This document shows positions 1-9,409 of a stretch of DNA of 32,000 nucleotides, one piece after another. The translations under genes were made by a program, and so were the position numbers. The stretch lies in NCBI GenBank assembly GCA_964577555.1, contig CAZNZM010000007.1:25586-57585 (forward strand), given 5' to 3'. Each line of letters starts with the position of its first letter. Position 1 is the stretch's first letter. This DNA comes from an uncultured archaeon. Its GTDB lineage: Archaea > Iainarchaeota > Iainarchaeia > Iainarchaeales > Iainarchaeaceae. The notes below the pieces were generated by a model. It saw only the letters and a program-made list of their open reading frames with translations, ran no database searches and had not been told where the DNA came from.

Positions 1-157
1 GCATTCCCGGGCTTTTATTGCAAGCTTTTCCAACTGCCCTTGAATATTTTAGGCTTCCTAAAGTTTTTGCTATTTCACCATAACTTGTAACCTTGCCTTT
101 TGGCACCATTGAAATTAATTCAAAAACCCTCTTTCTAAAATCAGGAATGCTTTGCAT
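1..157 (-). CDS. O6-alkylguanine-DNA alkyltransferase / alkyltransferase-like DNA-binding domain, truncated by window edge
   Basis: Own reverse-strand translation from ATG at 157: MQSIPDFRKRVFELISMVPKGKVTSYGEIAKTLGSLKYSRAVGKACNKSPGNA; VPKGKVTSYGEIA and RAVGKA match the wHTH of MGMT/ATL proteins. Missing from the supplied ORF track. Confidence 0.85.
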   Translation of the reverse strand, partial: MQSIPDFRKRVFELISMVPKGKVTSYGEIAKTLGSLKYSRAVGKACNKSPGM

Positions 158-162
158 GTAAG

Positions 163-258
163 TGGGGACACAGGGATTTGAACCCCGATCCACCGGTATC
201 CCCAAAAACTTCTTTTTTGCTGGAGCCGGTTGCACTAACCTGGTTATGCTATGTCCCC
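163..258 (-). tRNA. tRNA-Trp (CCA) containing a 22-nt archaeal intron (about 198..219)
   Basis: Reverse strand folds as a cloverleaf: acceptor GGGGACA/TGTCCCC, D arm GCAT..GTGC, anticodon stem ACCGG/CCGGT, loop CTCCAG^..A, T arm CGGGG-TTCAAAT-CCCTG. Intron CAAAAAAGAAGTTTTTGGGGAT gives a bulge-helix-bulge (bulge AGC, helix CTCC:GGGG, bulge ATA). Confidence 0.93.
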
Positions 259-315
259 TTTCAAATAATACAAATAATAGTTGGTTTAAAATTTTTCCCT
301 TTGATTCTTTTTTTC

Positions 316-1614
316 TTAAGCTAATTTGGTGTGGTTGATTCTTCCTCTTGCCCTTTCCGCTTCAAGAATTTTATTCACCGCTATAATATAAGCGGCTTTT
401 CTGAGACTTACTTTTTCCCTTTGGCTAACAATTTCAACTTCATTTAATGCATTCGACATTGTTGCTTCAAGCTTTGAATTGATTTCATTTTCTGTCCAAT
501 AATAATTTGCCAGGTTTTGCACCCATTCAAAGTAACTTACTACAACCCCGCCGGAATTAGCCAATATATCTGGAATTATGACATGTCCCTTTTTTTCAAG
601 ATAATCATCCGCTTCAGGGGTTATAGGACCGTTTGCCATCTCAACTATTATATTTGCTTTTATTTTTGTCATGTTGCTTGAATTTATTACATTTTCAACC
701 GCTGAAGGTATGAGAATATCAACCGACAATTCAAGCAATTCTTCATTGGTTATTTTTTTGCCATAATGCAATTCATGAATTTTTTTTCCGTTTTCCGTTT
801 CCTCAAAAATCTTTTTTATGTCAAGTCCCTTTTCATTATAAATTCCTGATTTTGAATCCGAAACAGCCACGATGTCAAAGCCCCATTCATACAATATTTT
901 TGCAATATGCGAACCAACATTACCAAAACCTTGAATTGCAACCTTAAGCCCTTGTTGTTTTATTCCAGCATTATTCAAGTATTGTTTCAAACAAATAGCC
1001 CCGCCAAGCGAAGTTGAATAAACCCTTCCAAGACTGCCTCCAAGAGACAACGGCTTGCCGGTTATTACTCCAGGAACCTTTGAATTGGTGATTTTTTCAT
1101 ATTCATCAAGCATCCAACCCATTATTTTTTGATTAGTATTCACATCAGGAGCAGGTATATCAACCCTGTCCCCAATAAATCTTGAAAATTCTTTTATATA
1201 CTGCCTGCTCAACCTTTCAAGTTCTTGCTCGCTTAATTTTTTCGGATCAACCTTTATGCCGCCTTTTGCCCCGCCATATGGCAAATTTACTACTGCGCAT
1301 TTCAAAGCCATTAAAAAAGCCAACTCTTTTATTTCCTCAACATTCACGCTTTGAGAAAATCTTATACCGCCTTTAGTTGGACCTCTTGCATCATTATATT
1401 GCACCCTGTAAGCCGGAAAAATTTTTATTGAACCGTCATCCATTCTCAATGGAATATTAATGTTTATTGTCCTGGCCGGCTGTGCCAAAATAGCAAGGTC
1501 GCTTGCAGAAAAAAAACCCAAATCAATTATTTTTTTAAGATAAATTTTACAAATATCGCATTCTATTTCAGGATTTGAATGAAAACTCATCTTACCAACC
1601 CATTTTTTTTCCAA
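316..1614 (-). CDS. gdhA: Glutamate dehydrogenase (Glu/Leu/Phe/Val family)
   Basis: 432 aa; PTKGGIRFS, LPYGGAKGG, VAIQGFGNVG, ANSGGVVVSYFEW motifs. Confidence 0.96.
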   Translation of the reverse strand: MEKKWVGKMSFHSNPEIECDICKIYLKKIIDLGFFSASDLAILAQPARTININIPLRMDDGSIKIFPAYRVQYNDARGPTKGGIRFSQSVNVEEIKELAFLMALKCAVVNLPYGGAKGGIKVDPKKLSEQELERLSRQYIKEFSRFIGDRVDIPAPDVNTNQKIMGWMLDEYEKITNSKVPGVITGKPLSLGGSLGRVYSTSLGGAICLKQYLNNAGIKQQGLKVAIQGFGNVGSHIAKILYEWGFDIVAVSDSKSGIYNEKGLDIKKIFEETENGKKIHELHYGKKITNEELLELSVDILIPSAVENVINSSNMTKIKANIIVEMANGPITPEADDYLEKKGHVIIPDILANSGGVVVSYFEWVQNLANYYWTENEINSKLEATMSNALNEVEIVSQREKVSLRKAAYIIAVNKILEAERARGRINHTKLA

Positions 1615-1658
1615 TCCTAATTAAATCTTCAAATTCAATATTCTACTTTTTGATTCAA

Positions 1659-2294
1659 TTAATTTAAATCCTTTTTTATAAAACCTTCACCACTTTTTTT
1701 TGACTCAACCAAATAATATTTTATTATAGTTTTATGCGGCTTGTATTCCACATAATAAATGCATTCGTTTGGAAACTCTATTTCCATCATTTCATTTCCA
1801 TTCAAACCAAGAATGTTTCCAAGCAATAATCTGCAAATTCCGCCATGAGTCACTATTAAAATTTTTCTACTTGAATACTTTTCCTTTAATTCTTTTAAAA
1901 AAGGCTTGACCCTAAATTCATCAGCTTGCTTGTAACTTTCTCCGCCTTCATGCATGAATTCATACTTGTTATCAACCCTTTCAACCCAATCCCCGGGAAA
2001 TTTTGATTCTATTTCATGTTTGTCCATGCCGCTATATTTTCCTATGTCAATTTCCATCAATTCTTTTCTATAATCCACCTTATTTTTATGGTGTTTCATT
2101 ATCTCTGAAATTGTTTGCCTGCATCTTAATTGTGGGGAACAAAATACGTGGTCAAACTTTTCGTCTTTAAGTTTTTCAGCAATTAATTTTGCCTGGATTT
2201 TCCCGTGTTCGTTTATTGAGGATTCAATCCTGCCTTGAAGCTTTTTTTTGACATTATCGTCGGTTTCGCCATGCCTGCAAATCACAATATCCAT
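1659..2294 (-). CDS. Histidine phosphatase family protein (phosphoglycerate mutase-like)
   Basis: 211 aa; N-terminal CRHGETDDN, later VTHGGICR. Confidence 0.9.
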   Translation of the reverse strand: MDIVICRHGETDDNVKKKLQGRIESSINEHGKIQAKLIAEKLKDEKFDHVFCSPQLRCRQTISEIMKHHKNKVDYRKELMEIDIGKYSGMDKHEIESKFPGDWVERVDNKYEFMHEGGESYKQADEFRVKPFLKELKEKYSSRKILIVTHGGICRLLLGNILGLNGNEMMEIEFPNECIYYVEYKPHKTIIKYYLVESKKSGEGFIKKDLN

Positions 2295-2337
2295 GCATTA
2301 AAAAAAATCACAAACTAATAAAAATTGTCACTTTTTA

Positions 2338-3291
2338 TCAAAGCTTTTTCATTTCATCGATCGCTTTCTTGGCAATAGATTCTGCATCCATGCCGTATTT
2401 TTTCAACAAATCAAAAGGTTTTCCAGATTCGCCAAAAGAATCTTTTAACCCAACTCTCACAAGTTTTGCACTAATGCCTTTTTCCGCAATTGCTTCAGCA
2501 ACAGCGCTTCCCAAACCATTAATGACTCCATCTTCGATTGTAAACACCAACCCCTTATTTGCCTCTTTTTCAACGGCTTTAACGTCCAGTGGCTTGATCG
2601 AGGCACAATTAAGCACTGAAGCCGATATGCCGCTTTTTGCAAGAATATATGCGGCTTTTAATGCTTCTGGAACAAGCGAGCCGCAAGAAACAAAAGCAAT
2701 GTCATTTCCATCTTTTAACAATTCGGCTTTTCCAAATTTGAAGTCCGACGCTTTTTCGTGCAGAACTTCCGTTTTTTCCCTTGCAGTCCTCATAAATATT
2801 GGCCCTTTTGTTTCATACATCGCATTAGTGCATGCAACAGCTTCATAATAATCAGAAGGCGTGCATACTTTGAGATTAGGAATGCACCTTGCAACAGCCA
2901 AATCAAAAACCGATTGCCCTGTCGGACCGTCTTGACCAGTCAATAAACCTCCATGGCTTCCAACAAGCTTTACATTTGTTTCAGAATATGCAACACTTAT
3001 TTTAATCTGGTCAAGGCTTCTGTTCAAAAGAAAACTCGCAAAGGAACTTACAAATGGCACTTTACCGCAACGAGCAAGCCCCGCAGCTGTTGAAACCATG
3101 TCAGCCTCGGAAATTCCAATGTATTTGAATCTTTCAGGAAATTTTTTTCCAAAAACAATGGATTTAGTGCTCTTGGCAAGATCGGCATCCATGACAACAA
3201 TCTCTTCATGCTTTTCACCCAATTCACACAAAGCATCGCCATAACCATCTCTTGTAGCAACCTTGTCGCCAATCTTGTATTTTGCAATCAT
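2338..3291 (-). CDS. Transketolase, C-terminal (pyrimidine-binding and C-terminal domain) subunit
   Basis: 317 aa; MDADLAKST, GISEADMVSTAAGLA, HGGLLTGQDGPTGQSVFDLA. Confidence 0.93.
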   Translation of the reverse strand: MIAKYKIGDKVATRDGYGDALCELGEKHEEIVVMDADLAKSTKSIVFGKKFPERFKYIGISEADMVSTAAGLARCGKVPFVSSFASFLLNRSLDQIKISVAYSETNVKLVGSHGGLLTGQDGPTGQSVFDLAVARCIPNLKVCTPSDYYEAVACTNAMYETKGPIFMRTAREKTEVLHEKASDFKFGKAELLKDGNDIAFVSCGSLVPEALKAAYILAKSGISASVLNCASIKPLDVKAVEKEANKGLVFTIEDGVINGLGSAVAEAIAEKGISAKLVRVGLKDSFGESGKPFDLLKKYGMDAESIAKKAIDEMKKL

Positions 3292-4118
3292 TCCTGATCA
3301 AGCTCCTTTAATGCTTTCAAATATTCATCTTTTGTCAAGGCTTTGCCATGCCAATCAGGATTGTTTTCAATAAAACTTACTCCCTTGCCCTTGACAGTTT
3401 TAGCAATCAAAGCAGTTGGCACCGCATCAATTTTAGCTTCTTCCAAAGCACTTACAAGCTCTTTAATATCATGCCCATAGCATTTAATTACTCTCCAACC
3501 AAAAGCTTCAAGCTTTTTGTCCAAAGGTTCAGGGTCTTTTGTATCCTTGACCCAACCATCATTTTGCAATCCGTTTCTGTCAATTATTATTGTAACATTA
3601 TCAAGCTCGAATTGTTTTGTAGTCCAAAGAGACTCCCAAACCTGGCCCTCTTGCAACTCCCCATCCCCAAAAAGCACAAAAACATGATAATTTTTTTTAT
3701 CCAATTTTCCAGCCCAAGCCATTCCATTGCCAACGCTTAAACCAGTGCCAAGACTGCCTGTTGAAATCTCAACACCAGGAGTGCCAATATTATGCGGATG
3801 CCCCTGAAGCATCCTTCCAACAGCCCTCAAACCATCGTATTCCTTTTTAGAAAAATAACCACATTGTCCAAGAACTGCATATAAAGCAGGAGCAGCATGC
3901 CCCTTGCTCATAATAAACCTGTCCCTTTCAGGCCATTCAGGATTTTTCGGATCATGCCTCATGACTTTAAAATAAAGTGCAACCAATATTTCAACACACG
4001 AAAAACTTGAAGTAGGGTGCCCAGATTCGGCATTAGTAGTCATATACAAAATATCCTTCCGCATTTCTTTTGCAATTTTATACAAATCAATATTTTTAGT
4101 CATAAAACCACTTTTCAT
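3288..4118 (-). CDS. Transketolase, N-terminal (TPP-binding) subunit
   Basis: 276 aa; GHPTSSFSCVEIL, SKGHAAPALYA, GTGLSVGNGMA, GDGELQEGQVWE; overlaps the downstream subunit by 4 nt. Confidence 0.95.
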   Translation of the reverse strand: MKSGFMTKNIDLYKIAKEMRKDILYMTTNAESGHPTSSFSCVEILVALYFKVMRHDPKNPEWPERDRFIMSKGHAAPALYAVLGQCGYFSKKEYDGLRAVGRMLQGHPHNIGTPGVEISTGSLGTGLSVGNGMAWAGKLDKKNYHVFVLFGDGELQEGQVWESLWTTKQFELDNVTIIIDRNGLQNDGWVKDTKDPEPLDKKLEAFGWRVIKCYGHDIKELVSALEEAKIDAVPTALIAKTVKGKGVSFIENNPDWHGKALTKDEYLKALKELDQE

Positions 4119-4161
4119 TAAAAGATATTAAATATTTATAAACCAACTATAAATTATTTTC

Positions 4162-5556
4162 ATGGAAGTAAAGTTTAACAAGTCAATTTTTATTTTCAGA
4201 CGAGACTTAAGAATTGTTGACAATACCGCCCTCGTTGAAGCAACCGAAAAATCCAATGTTGTTTTGCCTTGCTTCATATTTGACCTGCAACAAATTGCAA
4301 AAAATGAATATTTCAGCCCAAAAGCATTCAGATTCATGTTGGAATCCTTGCTTGAATTAAAAGAAGAAATTTCAAAAAAGGGCGGAAAATTATCTTTTTA
4401 TCAAGGCAAGCCAGAAGACATTGTAAAAAAAATCATAGAAAAAGAAAAACCCAAAGCGCTTTTTGCAAACAAAGATTATACGCCTTTCAGCACAAGCAGA
4501 GACGAAAAAATAGAAAAAATTTGCAAAAATCATGGAATTAGGTTTTATTCATATCACGATATTTTGCTAAGCCCGCCTGAAAAAAATTTGAAACATGACG
4601 GCACTCCATATACGATTTTCACGGCATATTACAAAAATGCGAAAAAAAACCCCGTAAAAAAACCATTATCTCTTGAGACATCAAATTATTCAAATCACAA
4701 AATGGAAGGAAGCGATGACAATATTCTATTTGAACTGCTTTCAAAATACCCTGCAAACAAATTTTTGCAAGGCGGAAGAAAAGCAGGGCTTGAAAAACTA
4801 AAAAACGCAAAAAAACTTGTTGATTACGATAAAGTACGTGATTTTCCTGAAATTTCAGGAACTTCAGGACTCTCACCCCATTTAAAATTTGGAACAATTT
4901 CAATAAGAGAAGTTTATTGGGGCATAAGAGACTCATTGACACAATTTCATCCTTTAATAAGGCAACTTTATTGGCGAGACTTTTTCACAAACATTGCATT
5001 TTATTACCCGCACGTTTTCGGAGCACCATTCAAAAACAAGTATAAAAGAATAATATGGGACAATAATGGAAAAAAATTTGAGGCATGGAAAAAAGGACTC
5101 ACAGGGTTTCCTATTGTTGATGCAGGAATGCGTGAATTAAACGAAACAGGCATAATGCATAACAGGGTCAGAATGATAACAGCTTCTTTTTTGGTAAAAG
5201 ATCTGCACATAGATTGGCGGCTTGGAGAAAAATACTTTGCACAAAAACTTGCAGATTACGATCCATGCATAAATAATGGGAATTGGCAATGGGTTGCATC
5301 AACAGGCTGCGACGCCCAACCATACTTTAGAATATTCAACCCATGGTTACAACAAAAAAAGTTTGATCCAAATTGCACTTATATCAAAAAATGGGTGCCA
5401 GAGCTAAAAAACCTTGACCCAAAAACAATTCACTCATTATGGCTTGATTTTCCAAAAGACCTCAACTATCCTAAACCAATTGTTTTCCACGACAAAGAAG
5501 CAAAAAAATCAAAAGAAAATTATTTTTCAGCCATGAAAAATCAAGAAACCTTTTAA
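4162..5556 (+). CDS. phr: Deoxyribodipyrimidine photolyase (class I)
   Basis: 464 aa; FRRDLRIVDNTAL, LSPHLKFGTIS, QLYWRDFF, TGFPIVDAGMREL, NGNWQWVASTGCDAQPYFRIFNP. Confidence 0.97.
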   Translation: MEVKFNKSIFIFRRDLRIVDNTALVEATEKSNVVLPCFIFDLQQIAKNEYFSPKAFRFMLESLLELKEEISKKGGKLSFYQGKPEDIVKKIIEKEKPKALFANKDYTPFSTSRDEKIEKICKNHGIRFYSYHDILLSPPEKNLKHDGTPYTIFTAYYKNAKKNPVKKPLSLETSNYSNHKMEGSDDNILFELLSKYPANKFLQGGRKAGLEKLKNAKKLVDYDKVRDFPEISGTSGLSPHLKFGTISIREVYWGIRDSLTQFHPLIRQLYWRDFFTNIAFYYPHVFGAPFKNKYKRIIWDNNGKKFEAWKKGLTGFPIVDAGMRELNETGIMHNRVRMITASFLVKDLHIDWRLGEKYFAQKLADYDPCINNGNWQWVASTGCDAQPYFRIFNPWLQQKKFDPNCTYIKKWVPELKNLDPKTIHSLWLDFPKDLNYPKPIVFHDKEAKKSKENYFSAMKNQETF

Positions 5557-6002
5557 TTCCCGTTTTTTGAAACTTTGCCCTTTGTTTGGCTGTATTTTTC
5601 AGGATAATTCTCCTGAAAAATTTTTTTTACAACAAGAATGACAAGAATAATTATTGTTGAAACAATTCCAAGCCCATAATACCCAAATCCTATTGCCATT
5701 CCAATAGATGCAATAACCCACAAATCAGCAGCCGTAGTAAGGCCTCTTATCTTATTATTGTCTTTGAAAATAGTGCCTGCGCCAAGAAAACCAATCCCTG
5801 TAACAATGCCTGCCGCAATCCTCGTAGGATCACCATTATAAGAAGAATAAAGCGAAACAATAGTAAATAAAGTCGCGCCAATACAAACCAGCATGTGAGT
5901 TCTCAAACCTGCCGCTTCCTGGTCAAGCTCTCTTTGTAACCCTATAAGCCCGCCAAGTATTGCCGCAATTATGATTTTTATTATTGCCTCATACTCAAGC
6001 AT
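5553..6002 (-). CDS. MgtC/SapB family membrane protein
   Basis: 149 aa; LGGLIGLQRE, AGLRTHMLVCIGATLFT, RIAAGIVTGIGFLGAGTI. Confidence 0.92.
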   Translation of the reverse strand: MLEYEAIIKIIIAAILGGLIGLQRELDQEAAGLRTHMLVCIGATLFTIVSLYSSYNGDPTRIAAGIVTGIGFLGAGTIFKDNNKIRGLTTAADLWVIASIGMAIGFGYYGLGIVSTIIILVILVVKKIFQENYPEKYSQTKGKVSKNGN

Positions 6003-6098
6003 TTTTTAAATATAGTAAAACTTATATAAAGGCTTTTTGCAACAGCAAAAAACTTTGCACATCCCCATGCATTTTTACAGGCAATGAATGTGAAAGAC

Positions 6099-6116
6099 AA
6101 TAATTTAATTTGTTAG
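6099..6116 (+). repeat. 18-bp direct repeat copy 1 (AATAATTTAATTTGTTAG)
   Basis: Identical copy at 7255..7272. Confidence 0.8.
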
Positions 6117-6314
6117 GGTAGAATATTGCGTTTTTATGGTCGCCAGCCTAACAGGATATTGTATTTGCTTTTTTGCAGGCGTAAACTACTATAATTTGAA
6201 TCATCAATTCAAGAGAGTACGCCTATATTAAACCAACTTAATCAGTTGCCAACGCCAAAACTTTTCTAAACAAAAATATTTTATTATAGAAAAAGCAAAA
6301 ATTATTCGATTATA

Positions 6315-7088
6315 ATGGTTAAACATCTTGTTAACTATTTTTTATTAAAAGTCGCTAAACGTGGAAGGACTAAAAGTGGAGTCTCTGATGGGAATAAGCC
6401 CTCAAAGAAACCAGTAAAAAAACAGTTAGGAAATTGTTCAGTGTCTTATATGAATCGCTTTCCATGGGCTGATGAAATTAGAACTATTAAAAGAAAAAAT
6501 TTCACTCTTACAATCTATGCCGACAATAGCAGATTGTATCAATTTAAAGATGGAGGATACTTGATATTAACTCCTGAAGGAGTTTCAATAATAAAATCTC
6601 AACCAAGAGTAATTAAACGTTATTTGAAAGGTGAAAAACTTTTTCTTGTTGGCGGAGGAAATTCAAATATATATACTTTTAATGTTGGTGGATATCCTAA
6701 AATTGTTAAAGAACATTTTGCTGGAGATTCAGCATTAACACAACTAGAACATGCTCATGCAATAAAAAAAGCTTTGGTTGAAAAAAGAAGTTATCATTCA
6801 GTTCCAGATTACTATGCTGTTGCATCAATGCCTGGCAAATATATAAGAGAAATAAGTGTAATGGAATTAATGCCGGGTAAAAAAATTTCTGACATTATAG
6901 AAGAACTAAAAAGCAATCCCACTGCAGATAATATGCGCAGATTACATAAATTAATGGATGATTATAGAGCATTAAAAAAATGGCTAATAAAAAGAAAACT
7001 ACCAATAACAGATTTCCACGAAGGAAATATTCTCACAACGTACGCGAAAGACCTTAGAAGATATATATTTTCAATAATTGATCAATGA
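6315..7088 (+). CDS. Protein kinase-like / aminoglycoside phosphotransferase-fold protein
   Basis: 257 aa; VMELMPGKKISDI followed by catalytic-loop-like ITDFHEGNIL. Family assignment tentative. Confidence 0.5.
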   Translation: MVKHLVNYFLLKVAKRGRTKSGVSDGNKPSKKPVKKQLGNCSVSYMNRFPWADEIRTIKRKNFTLTIYADNSRLYQFKDGGYLILTPEGVSIIKSQPRVIKRYLKGEKLFLVGGGNSNIYTFNVGGYPKIVKEHFAGDSALTQLEHAHAIKKALVEKRSYHSVPDYYAVASMPGKYIREISVMELMPGKKISDIIEELKSNPTADNMRRLHKLMDDYRALKKWLIKRKLPITDFHEGNILTTYAKDLRRYIFSIIDQ

Positions 7089-7254
7089 TTACAAAGCTAG
7101 TTGGCTTGTTTCAATTATTAAAAAAAGTGTTCCAAAGCATATAATAAATATAAATACAAAAATGAGAATAAGAAAATAGTTGCCAATCGTGTAATTCTCA
7201 CATCACTTCTAAAGCTAAAATTATTCCAAAATATTGTTTAATGATTTTAAAACT

Positions 7255-7272
7255 AATAATTTAATTTGTTAG
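7255..7272 (+). repeat. 18-bp direct repeat copy 2 (AATAATTTAATTTGTTAG)
   Basis: Identical copy at 6099..6116. Confidence 0.8.
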
Positions 7273-7441
7273 AGTCTTTTTGCCGGATTAATAAATCTTT
7301 GTTTGATTTTTTTCAGGTTTTTTTGTTTGTATTTGAAGTTTTTTGAAAACATTTTTAATATCGCATTTTGTGCTAATTCTTTTGAGTTTTTGTTTTAAGT
7401 ACTAATTTTAAATTCTTGTCAGCTATTACATTTGAGTTTTT

Positions 7442-8050
7442 ATGCTTGTATTGATTTCAGGTTTTGCAGGATCAGGAAAGAGTTCGCTTGCTGATTCGCT
7501 TGGCAAAGCCCTAGGTTTGAAAGTTGTTCATGCTTCTGCGATTTTGAGGGAAATGGCTGTAAAAGGTGTTAAGGCCCTTGACAATGCAAGCCATGAAAAA
7601 ATACATGATTGGTGGGAGAGCGAAGAAGCCAAGGAATTTATGAAAAGAAGAAATAAAGACGGTTCCCTTGACTTGGAATTGGACAAAAAGCTTATTGAAA
7701 TCGCCAGCAAAGGAAATGTTATACTGGATTCTTGGACAATGCCGTATCTTTACAAAGGAAATGCTCTGCGAATATGGTTGAATGCTTCACCGGAAACAAG
7801 GGCAAAAAGAGTGGCTTCGCGCGACAATTTGGATTACAAAGTTGTTTTGAACAAAATAATTGAAAGGGACAACGATACAAAAGCTTTATATCAAAGGTTG
7901 TACAACTTCAGAATGGGAGAAAACCAAAACCTGTTTGATTTGATTATTAACACTGACAATTTGACACAGGAAGAGGTTTTCAAAAAAACAATGGCTTTTG
8001 TAAGGAAGTGGTTTGATGGAAAGAGTAAAATCAGGAATAAAAGGCCTTGA
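7442..8050 (+). CDS. cmk: Cytidylate kinase-like P-loop NMP kinase
   Basis: 202 aa; N-terminal ISGFAGSGKSSLADSLGKALGL, VILDSWTMPYL, RVASRDNLDY. Confidence 0.82.
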   Translation: MLVLISGFAGSGKSSLADSLGKALGLKVVHASAILREMAVKGVKALDNASHEKIHDWWESEEAKEFMKRRNKDGSLDLELDKKLIEIASKGNVILDSWTMPYLYKGNALRIWLNASPETRAKRVASRDNLDYKVVLNKIIERDNDTKALYQRLYNFRMGENQNLFDLIINTDNLTQEEVFKKTMAFVRKWFDGKSKIRNKRP

Positions 8051-8720
8051 CGAACTTATCGGCGGAGGCTTTCCGTTGGGTTCGACAATACTGCTTTCAG
8101 GCGGTCCAGGAACAGGAAAAACAATATTTGGGTTGAGTTACCTTTATAACGGAGCAAAATTTTATAACGAACCGGGGCTTTACATAACTTTGGAAGAAAA
8201 CCTGAAAAACATTGTTTGGAACATGGAAACTTTTGGTTGGGATATTGCGGCTTTGCAATCAATGGGAAAATTCAAGATTTATAAAATGAATTTGCACACG
8301 GAAGACAACGTGGAAAAACAAATAGAAGAAGAATTGAAAGTAATTGCAAGGCTTGTAAAACAAATGGGTTGCAAAAGGCTGGTAATAGATTCAAGCACTG
8401 CATTTGGTTTATGGGTGCCAGACATAGGCAAGGTAAGGTATTTGCTTTACACATTTGCGGACAGCTTGAAAGATTTTGGTTGCACCACAATTCTAATTTC
8501 CGAAACAAAAGACTCAAAAACAGATTATTCCGCATTCGGAGTGGAAGAATTTGTATCAGACGGAGTAATAGTTCTTTACTTCACCCCGCCTAACAGAAAT
8601 ATTTTTATCAGAAAGATGAGAGGCACAAACCACAGCAAAAGCGTCCACCCATTTCTTATTACTGATATGGGCATAGAAGTACGTTCAAGGGACGAAGTCA
8701 GTTGGGAAGCATTAAAATGA
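8016..8720 (+). CDS. KaiC-like / RecA-superfamily ATPase
   Basis: IKGLDELIGGGFPLGSTILLSGGPGTGKTIFG; ORF track start 8013 (TTG), ATG at 8016; overlaps the end of the kinase gene. Confidence 0.9.
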   Translation: MERVKSGIKGLDELIGGGFPLGSTILLSGGPGTGKTIFGLSYLYNGAKFYNEPGLYITLEENLKNIVWNMETFGWDIAALQSMGKFKIYKMNLHTEDNVEKQIEEELKVIARLVKQMGCKRLVIDSSTAFGLWVPDIGKVRYLLYTFADSLKDFGCTTILISETKDSKTDYSAFGVEEFVSDGVIVLYFTPPNRNIFIRKMRGTNHSKSVHPFLITDMGIEVRSRDEVSWEALK

Positions 8721-8845
8721 AATTTTTATAAAGATTTTCCTGAACTAGCTAAAATGAAAAAGAATCGGGAAAAAAGAAAGGAATTGATTTGGTAGAATAA
8801 CAAAAGTGCTTGCAGCAAAAGCCTGAACCAATAGGCGTTAAAGCA

Positions 8846-9300
8846 TCAGAAGTCTTCCAAGTCAAACACCAGATAACCTGTGCTTCTGATTTTTTGCTTG
8901 CCATCAATTTTCTTGGCAATAACTCCAAGTTTCAGGTTTTTTGGAGTTTTTTTCAAATGTTTGGTTTTTCCCAGATCATTTATAAGATACTCAATCCTGA
9001 CTGGCTTGTAGTCAAGCAGCTCGCAACTCACATTAATAGTCTTATTCGGGCTGTTTACCAGAGGATAGTTTTCAAGGTTCTTATTGTGAACATGGCTGTG
9101 AATGAGCCAGCCGTTCCAATCATCAGGCCGATTGGCCTGTATGGGTCGCAAAAAAGGTTTTTATTCCGTGCTTTATTAACAGTTCTTTCGGGGCGGTGAA
9201 GTTTTTTGATAATCCATTTTTTTCTTGTGACCAAACACAAGGTCTCCAACAAACAAAACAGTGCTTTCTCCCTACTCTGGTTCGGATTGAACGCATCCGG
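8846..9300 (-). pseudogene. Decayed calcineurin-like metallophosphoesterase, frameshifted
   Basis: C-terminal part in frame 8846..9151 (RPDDWNGWLIHSHVHNKN...NVSCELLDYKP, GHxH-like site region). Upstream pieces lie in other frames: VLFVGDLVFGHKKK and LLIKHGIKTFFATH. Confidence 0.6.
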
Positions 9301-9355
9301 ATAAAAGCAATGCTGAAATGGCAAAAATGAAAATTGTTGCAAAAGCCTGGTTCAT
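9272..9355 (-). other. 27-codon truncated lipoprotein leader ORF (MNQAFATIFIFAISALLLSGCVQSEPE*)
   Basis: Own translation; signal peptide plus lipobox LLLSGC immediately followed by a stop. Confidence 0.55.
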
Positions 9356-9379
9356 GGAACAAAATAAATCCGAAAAACA

Positions 9380-9404
9380 TTTAAATATTGATGCATATCA
9401 ATAT
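9380..9404 (+). promoter_or_regulatory. TATA box (TTTAAATA 9380..9387) overlapped by dyad ATATTGAT-GCAT-ATCAATAT (9385..9404)
   Basis: Perfect 8-bp inverted repeat with 4-nt spacer; TATA centred about 26 bp upstream of the arsR-like ATG at 9410, implying a leaderless transcript. Confidence 0.75.
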
Positions 9405-9409
9405 GTTTT

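Noticed and set aside
2369-2848. 159-aa plus-strand ORF
   Set aside because: Antisense to the transketolase C-terminal subunit; no independent support.
8810-9199. 129-aa plus-strand ORF
   Set aside because: Antisense to the metallophosphoesterase remnant, whose minus-strand motifs are convincing.
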